Positions 55,599 through 64,000 of a stretch of 64,000 bases of DNA are shown piece after piece (the stretch's first letter is position 1; every line of letters begins with the position of its first letter). The notes beneath the pieces were generated by a model. It was given only the letters and a program-made list of their open reading frames with translations. It did not search any database and was not told the origin of the DNA. The stretch comes from Chrysomallon squamiferum (Eukaryota; Animalia; Mollusca). The position numbers and the translations under genes were made by a program. The stretch is from contig CM022672.1 in NCBI GenBank assembly GCA_012295275.1, positions 7,192,001 to 7,256,000 on the forward strand. The letters run 5' to 3'.

Positions 55599-55662
55599 GT
55601 AAATAAAACATGAATATTGTAACCAACGATGAGTCCTGTTACAATATTTATGTTTTATTTAC
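55599..55662. repeat. Inverted repeat: 25-bp stem, 14-nt loop
   Basis: GTAAATAAAACATGAATATTGTAAC / GTTACAATATTTATGTTTTATTTAC, single G-T pair. Confidence 0.85.
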
Positions 55663-58576
55663 TTGTTCGTGTTTACTCTAACATCTAGATAATAAAGCTT
55701 TTTGTATCTAATGATTTATGCAGTTATTTTGTTTACGTGTTTATTATTTCCTTTTGTTTATTTATGTATGAACTCCAGAATGTTTATATTTATTACTGGT
55801 ACGAATTCTAATAATATTATTTACAATTTTCTAACAGTGTTTAGTATATCCTACAAAGATCGGCCATCAAATATATTGAATTATTCCTCATATATCATCC
55901 GTTAATTCAGCTCTGTTGTTGTGTATGATTGATGCTGTGTTCTTACGGCTTAATTAAATAAAGTTGTGATGAAAATGGCTGCGAGCTCTAATTACGTGCT
56001 ATGGCATGTATGGTATAAAAGAACAGTAGAAAATATAAGCGTAATACAAATATAAAGTTAATTTTTATTTTTATTAAAATAAAACTGATAACTGATAAAC
56101 TCTTCCATTTAACAAAGACAAAAATAACAATAACAAACAACAACAATAACTAGAAAAATACTTGGTACAGAGATTTACTTACAAGTGGAATAACATCTCA
56201 GTTCCAGAATCCATCCAGTTTTGTATCATAGCCTGAAAATAAACGCAGATCGAGACATATTACTGCACATACCTGGAAAGATTTTATGTTGCAGTAACAG
56301 AAAAAGGTCTCCTCTTTTAAATTCTGTTATTATACTACAAAATATATCTGGCTGACAATTAGCAGTTTATCATCAGTGAATATTCGGAGTTAAGTCGTGA
56401 TAGGTCAGTATACTGTTTATTCAGAAACTGGGTTATTAACTATTCTAACTCATAAACTGCAATCTGTTTATTAAAGGCAAGGTATGATTTTACTGTTTAT
56501 GGGAATGTGCAGATAATGTATCTCTTGTTGTTAAACAATAATAAAACCTCTAGAAGGTAACCTATAACATTAAAAAAACAAAAACAACAAACAAAACAAT
56601 TAGTCTCATAATCGTTAACATGTACTGTATTAAGGTGTTATTGCATTGTTTTATTTTCGATTCACACCTAATAACCTTTAGGATTAAAATACTCTATGAG
56701 TTCGTGAAACAAATATTCTTTTTCTCCCTTATTTAATTAATCCATCAGAACACAGCATCAACCATAAACGACAAAAGATTTGAATTAAATGATGATGTAT
56801 GGGGAATAATTCAATATATTTCATGGCTGTTTAAATTACGAGACCTTTAGTCGGTTTAAAGAAATCTATAGTGCAAGAAGTTTATCGCTGTTGAGGGCAA
56901 CTTATGCAATTGCGCTTAAATAATTTAAGCACTGTTTTACGACTGTCCGCAAACGTGTACAGTGTGACAACGAGAAAGCTGGTTCATTTATATTAATCTG
57001 TTGTCATTCCTGGCTTTAATTAGATGGCCAGAGATCATTTTACCAGTAATAAAAGCTGAATTTCGTGTCCAGGGAGCACATTTATCACTGCGGCGTAACA
57101 AGCGCAATGGCAGTGCCTGTACCGGTGTCCTTTGAAGCCGAGAAACCGGAAACAGCCGCATCGTCTGCCGACGGTCAACATGTCATTTTTCTTCAAGGAG
57201 GCAAGAAATTAAAATGTTAAACAGACAAACTTGTTAGTACAAAATTTATGGCCGCTAAACTGCCAGTGAACTATGATGTATTCCAAAAGAAGAAGAAAAA
57301 GAAATAACAAAAAAAAGCGGAAAAAAGGTTTAATTTTTCATGACAAATCTAAATGTACCGCAACATAATAGTTCTTAAAGTGGTAGCTTATTTTTTTTGC
57401 GTATGAATGAATAAGTAATATCTGAAGCAAAATTTTAGGGTAGGATCCTGGATTTTAGAAAAAGGGAACTTCATTATAATGATAAATAAAACTTAGAAGA
57501 TAAATAAACCTCATTATTAAAATTATTATTATTTTTTTTTTAAATTCAAAGCAAAAAATAACATATAATTAACTAAAGACATAAGACCATTTTTATGTGG
57601 GATAACCGTTGATTAAAAAAAGCCATTTGTAACTCGGAAATTAAAACTCGATTCTAAGACGTGCTAGATCTTTCTCAAACCGTTCTGTGGACAGTTTACC
57701 CTATACTTGTCTTTATAATACGTACTTTCCTGTCAGTGGGAAGATACAGATAAAATATCAGTTGTTGCTTGTCGAAGACAATAGACCACATACCTGTAGC
57801 AGCGGGTTTCCTATCACATCATGTTATTAGATAAATGGTGTGTTTCATAAGTAATAACAGTTAAAACAGAAATGGTTTGAGTAGTCAGTAAACATTCATT
57901 CATTCATTTGAACTTACATATAAAAAAATATTAAAATACACGTTCTTTTTCTCTTCTGTTTCTTCGAGTGTTTTTTTTTTTTCTTCTTCTTCTATTTTTT
58001 CATTCTTTGCTTCTTGGCGAATGTCAGTGGTGATTTCTGTATGACTCTGAGTCGTCAGCACAGTCATGGGAACGTCGTAACAACGTGAACCGTGATGACG
58101 TTTGATCCCTCTGTCTGTCAGTTTGAGTACTATTTTCCAGACAACCAGCTTTGGTAAAACTATTAGAATGGAGGATGGAAGGAGACAGATGTGGAGCAGT
58201 TCACAAAACGAGCTGGTGGTTACAAAACCTCTCAGTGTGTGTAGATGGACACAACCAGGCGAAATAGTTTTGCTCAAAGAGGTATTTCTGGAAGCCAGAT
58301 CAAAGTCTGGGAAGAAAATTAAAATAGGAAATAGTTGTAGTGAATGTGGTGTGAACACGAAGGACAGCCGTTTTGTAACAGACACAAGTTTGTGTTTATG
58401 TACACATTCGTGATGTTAATGTCTAAAACCTATGAGACTTTGGTTCGAATCTTCATTCCGATAGTGCTGTCGACAGTTTCTTCTTGTTTCATTCTGATAT
58501 CTGTTCTTTTTCATGAGTGGTGTTAAAGCATTTGTTTTTATTTATTTATTTATTTATCATCATCATCATCATCATC

Positions 58577-58642
<66 letters not shown>

Positions 58643-61567
58643 TATTTAGATTTTATTTAATCAGGAAATAATGCTAATATAATTATTGTTTAGTGACTCA
58701 AGATAAAATTAGTTTAAATTACAGAGATACATATGAAGACAGCGATACTAATATATTAAACAGTCCATTCAGCTTCAACAAAAAAGCACATGATATGAAA
58801 ATACTGTACAAACTAAAAACACAGTGAATAAGTAAAAACATAAATAAAATTATTACATATTACAAAAAATATTCGCAATTTTTTTTTTTTTTTTTTGAAA
58901 CAGCGATGGCTGGAAGCTGTTAGATATAATGTACTACTATAAAAAGAATGTAAATTTATAAAAGAAAAACAGCCTGAGAAATGTATTTTATATAAACAGA
59001 GAAAGCAATACAACAACAAATTCAATGCCGAACCAACTCTTTCACGGCCCCCGTTTGTTTAATGTTTTTCCCGATCCACCCGAGCGTCAGCTATTCGTGT
59101 CGCTGTTTTCTTGTTTGTTGTTTGTCAGTAAAAGAATCTTTTATGTGGCGGTTCGGGTTTCTTCTTTTAAACTCCATCATTATGAAACAACATATTGTTA
59201 ACACATAAACGAGCTGACTTGTTACTGTGAAATATTCTTTTGTTTTATTTAGCTTTAAACACATGTTAACGAGTTCTCTAATGTTTTACAAAAGAGGCGT
59301 AGACAGAAGAAAAAAAATTGTTACGCAAGAATTGGTTCAATTTGTTTTTTCATCTTGTTTTTTCTTCTGTATTTTTTCTTCCTTTTTTTTTTGAAAATAT
59401 CCGTGTTAAATTCATACGGCAACATCGTTAGAAAGTGATCACTAAAATACAAATGCGGATGCTGGCTTTCAAAAACTGATTTAATCGGCTCGTTAGAAAG
59501 CTGAAATCTACATTTGAAAACGTTCTTACAGAACACGAGTCAAAACTTAACACCGTTTGATTAATTATCATAATTTATGGCCTGTCTCTGGCCCGATTAA
59601 GCAGAATTCTTTAAGTTTTAACAAGCCTCTGGGTTTCCAGACCGATCTCTTTAAGTGACTTAACAGACACAGGCTTAATACGCCACACCTGCTACACCAA
59701 TCATCATTAGCTTTGTTGTGCATGCATGTTTTAAAGTAAAAATTTATGAACGCCTGGTTATTTGAAAATGAGCAGACATGTTTAAAAAGTCATTGGCGGG
59801 TATTGTTTATGGGTTTCGCCCGTTTCAGATGTGGATCTAAACCGAATCAAAAATAAAGGCGAGTCTGAAAACACTGCTGCAGCGAGTTCATTAAGAAAGT
59901 GATGTGTTTCACAGCCGCACTAATGTCGTGTGAACTCAAACTGCTATAACTTTATAGTCCTCATCAGCTCATTTCAGAACTCTGTTGTAATCTGGAATTA
60001 CACTGATTTGTACTTATGTCAAATTTATCAAACTAGTCTGAGTTAGCCAGCATTCGAGTGACGTGATTGGATGTTCTTGATCGACAAAGATCCACTTCAG
60101 TGCAGATAGATTTAAATTCTTAAATATGTTACAATTTACATTGTTTTATGTCTCTATTTTGTAATTTAGTATTTTTAATTGTAGAAAAGTTATAATGAAA
60201 TATTTGGTTTCTGAAGAAACACTATAGTAATTTCAAATCTATATCTTCAATATTTTGTTTCTGCCAGAATAAAGAGTTTATTTTATATATAAATATTATA
60301 AATAAGTGTCAGTTGTAAAGAAATGAACTTCTAATTTACAATCAATTGGTTTCTCTAATTCAAGTGCAATAAATTTAATTTTAAACTCTTTCGTTCTAGA
60401 TTGACTCCTATAATTAATTCCCTGAAGTAACTGTAACTGTTGTTCTCTTCATTATTCTCTTTCGTTATCATCTTTGTCTTTATCATATTTTTCATCATCA
60501 CCAAAATCTTTATCATCAAAACCTGTAAACATATTTAATAATTATTATTATTTGTTGTCGTTACGAAAAAAAAAACTTGTGATAATACAACCTTCGTATC
60601 AATAAACAACAATCTCTGAAGTGCTAAATTTTCTCCGATGCTTGCAAGAATCCCAGAGGGGCCTACTGAATAATGTACTGTATTCTGACGTATTCAGCAA
60701 CGAAATTTCTAGCCTCTTATTTTGTATTAAAGGAACAGAAGCAAGTCTATTTTAGGTTTAAAAGCAACACGTGCGATTCTCATCTCTTGTTTTTTCAAGT
60801 CATAAGGTGCTGCAAAATGCGCATAACGATCACTCCATTTTGCAAGCTGTTGTATCGCGACATTTACCAAGTGAAATATCCGAAGCTGTCAAAACTGACG
60901 GGACCCCCGGGGAGTTCGCCATCTGAGCCCACGGTCGAGTACGCCATTAGTGTAACCGTGCAAAACGAGCTCATTATGAATACCAAAAATACAGATTATT
61001 TATTTTTATTTTTTATTTTACACTGTCATTCTGTTATGAGGAAAACATACTAAAATATTTTAATAATTCTATATTACTCATGCTTTCTTTTTTCTTCTTC
61101 TTCTGCTTTTCTTATTACTATTACTATTAATACTGCTGCTACGTCTACCATTACAAAAACTACTAGTACAACTAATACTACCACAGCTACAAAAGCAACA
61201 ATAACAACAAACAAGAACAACAACAACAACTACTACTACTACTACTACTACTACTACTGCTACTACTATACCATCATTATACAGTTTTATAGTTACGATA
61301 ATGAGAACAGTATTATTGTTACTATGACCAATGAATGATGTATGTAATTAGTGGCGTCTGAACCGTCCATCTCCTTACCAGATTTGAGTTTCCCTCATTA
61401 GTCGATTGACAGAACATTGTATTTTCGTATTTTATCAAAATGTGTCTAATGAAGAAAAAGTTATATTACTGAAATATTTTCAGAGTAAACTTATTTTTAG
61501 ATAAATAAGTAGCCAGTATAGCCAGTCAACTTGCATTCTCTTTACTATAATAGTTTATTCAAACTCA

Positions 61568-61674
<107 letters not shown>

Positions 61675-63602
61675 GTCGATCTATCCCTCCCTCTAATCCG
61701 TCTGTTTTGCTTATATATCTGTTTTTTTTAATTTATTTTATATTTATATTGTCAATATATATTTGTCTCTATCTGCCTACCTGTCCGTCGTTTGTGGATT
61801 GTATATAATATTTTTTACATTAAAATATGCTTCTGTTTTAAAATCAGTTATTAATAACTGTAATTTCCTGAAGCTACGAACTACATCTTTTTTCTTCTTA
61901 ACCAAACCATACATAAACTAGGAACTTGTGTTTGTTTTCCGAAAAGGGCAGCATGTTTGAAGATTGTATGGTATTACATCTCTGTAGTCAGTTATGCTTA
62001 GCTGCATGTTATAGGACGCAGTCCCAGAACGTACACTAGTCTTACTTTTTGAGCTTGTGCTCATTTCTCTTCTTCCCCTATCTACAGCTCCGGTATTCAT
62101 ACGCGCTCGAAGCTAAATATGATTTTTCCTGTTTTAACGAGGCTCTATTAATCACAAACTAAGGAGCTCTCTAACAAGTCGGGGTCACGCGCTAAACACG
62201 GAAACTGGCGATGCATCACTGCCGGAACTATTTCTCGTCTTCACCCGCGGCATCACGGGTTCTGCCGAACACCGCTCTCTGTCAAAACGTCACGATTGAT
62301 TGCCGAGGTAAGGTTCTGCTATAAGTTCGCACAAGCGGCCAAATTACACAACAGTTAGTTCGATGATATGCTATCCGATACTGTTGAAACAGCGGTGATG
62401 GGAAAACAAACTTTACCATCAGCTCTGTAGCAGCCGAAATGAACTCATTAAAAAGCCACATTTACGACTTTACACGAAGACGTATGAGCGGACCAGCTAA
62501 GAATTCATCGTGCTGTTATATTTTTTTAACTCGATGTGTCAAAAATTAATGCCCCTTCTCGCTTTGAAGTTTATCTAATTGAAAGTGCATACCGCGACAA
62601 GACCGTTATACCCGATCTCGCGATAACCGCGTAATATTCCAGCAATGTCACATGACCAGAGTGAGAACATTTGATTGGAGGAATCGTGATTTGGGTACTG
62701 ACGGCTGCTTATGATATTGAGATTTGACATACAGATATGAGTTTTCTTTTGGAAATAATTTATGACGCTTGGGGAGACAGAAGCGAATTATTGAGGAAAT
62801 TGTCTTGCCATAATCATAAGTACTACATTTGCTCGCTACGGGAGGTTTCGACTCTGCTTTTCAAGTGTTCAGATAAAATACTGGTTGAAAAAAAAATATG
62901 TTTAATAGCTCAGCCGAATAATGCGAATTAGATTCTTTTTAAATTTGTGTAAAAATAATAAAAAAAATAATATAAAAATAATATATATATATATATTATA
63001 TTTATTTATTTATTTAAAACTGTGTTTAATAAATATATATAGTTATATGTTGCTAGAGTCGATTTAGGATATTTTTGCTAATGATGATAATGATAAATAT
63101 GATGATGATGATGATAATAATAATATGTATTTTTATTTTCTGCTATAATATAATAATAACAACAATAATAATAAAATAAGGTCTTATTCATTATCAGCAT
63201 TAATAAACCATAAAACAAATAAATACAGCAACAAGGATACAAAGATACAACAACAAAAGTAAAAACATATTAAAAAAACCGACAGAGAAGAGCAGACAAA
63301 CAAATAAACAAACAAATAACAAATAAATAAACAGTGAACAACAAGGTGAGTAACAAAAGCATGTGTAAAGATTTCAGGTGAAGATATTCTTTTTTTGCCT
63401 GCCAGTTAAATACCTCAAATTTGACACGATCTAAAAATCTTCAACAAGTGTGGCCTTTGGGTCAAAATCTTTTCCGATAAATATTTTAGAAGTCATCTTA
63501 TATCTTGATAAACAATTAAGTATGAAAATATGCTGTTTATATGGCTTTATTGTTTAAGGCATTACATTCCATATGTGTTTTATAATATTATATAAGTTGT
63601 TA

Positions 63603-63646
<44 letters not shown>

Positions 63647-63911
63647 TTTTTAAAATCTGAATGAAAGTGTAAATAGTTTTATAGATGTTATATTCGACGA
63701 TTTAAAAAAAAAAGTGTTGCATATGAATTATGTAAATCTGAAACTTACAGCATAATATATATATATATATATATACATATATATGCGTGTGTATATTTGC
63801 GAAATGCATTCTTTGCTGTTAAATTCCTAAAAATAATGTGAAGTACTTTAATCAAATAACCAGCAAAATAATAATAATAAAAATAAATAAATAAATAAAT
63901 AAAATCTATGT

Positions 63912-63954
<43 letters not shown>

Positions 63955-64000
63955 CCTGTTATAATTCATCTCACTGAATCACTCTGAAAACAGAAGTCTT

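Noticed and set aside
55621-55645. CGATGAGTCC resembling a hammerhead ribozyme core
   Set aside because: Lacks exact CUGANGA and the GAAA element with stems II/III
57900-58526. Overlapping ORFs including CSEC and FCNRH, reminiscent of a zinc finger or piggyBac Cys-rich tail
   Set aside because: The Cys/His residues are split across frames, no transposase core or TIR/TTAA boundary was found, and no convincing exon structure; left unassigned

Overview
AT-rich, microsatellite-laden, intron-containing animal genomic DNA (invertebrate-like; possibly a mollusc, but the taxon cannot be established from this window). Three spliced protein-coding genes were reconstructed by hand with GT-AG boundaries and consistent phases: (1) LHPP, a HAD-family phospho-His/Lys and pyrophosphate phosphatase (minus strand, 7 exons, 11466->8397, 267 aa); (2) a GRK4/5/6-subfamily (Gprk2-like) GPCR kinase (minus, 15 core exons, 37583->~19008, plus several candidate alternative C-termini); (3) an unnamed type II membrane protein (plus, 9 coding exons, 43736->52426, ~1,230 aa) with TM + SEA domain (GSIVV cleavage motif) + ~850-aa Ser/Thr-rich mucin-like stalk + a 6-Cys C-terminal cap and no protease domain. 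Its large exon has two apparent 1-nt frameshifts, probably sequencing errors. Also present: a 784-bp TA-flanked MITE, a Tigger transposase remnant, tandem repeats, a possible further minus-strand gene running off the left edge, and CpG-retaining non-coding blocks at 56-63 kb. The best leads are the GRK C-terminal lipid-anchor splice choices, the protease-less SEA mucin, LHPP-GRK linkage and a recurring promoter-proximal motif. All of these are inferences needing expression or homology data. No prokaryotic systems, CRISPR arrays, tRNA or rRNA genes were seen.
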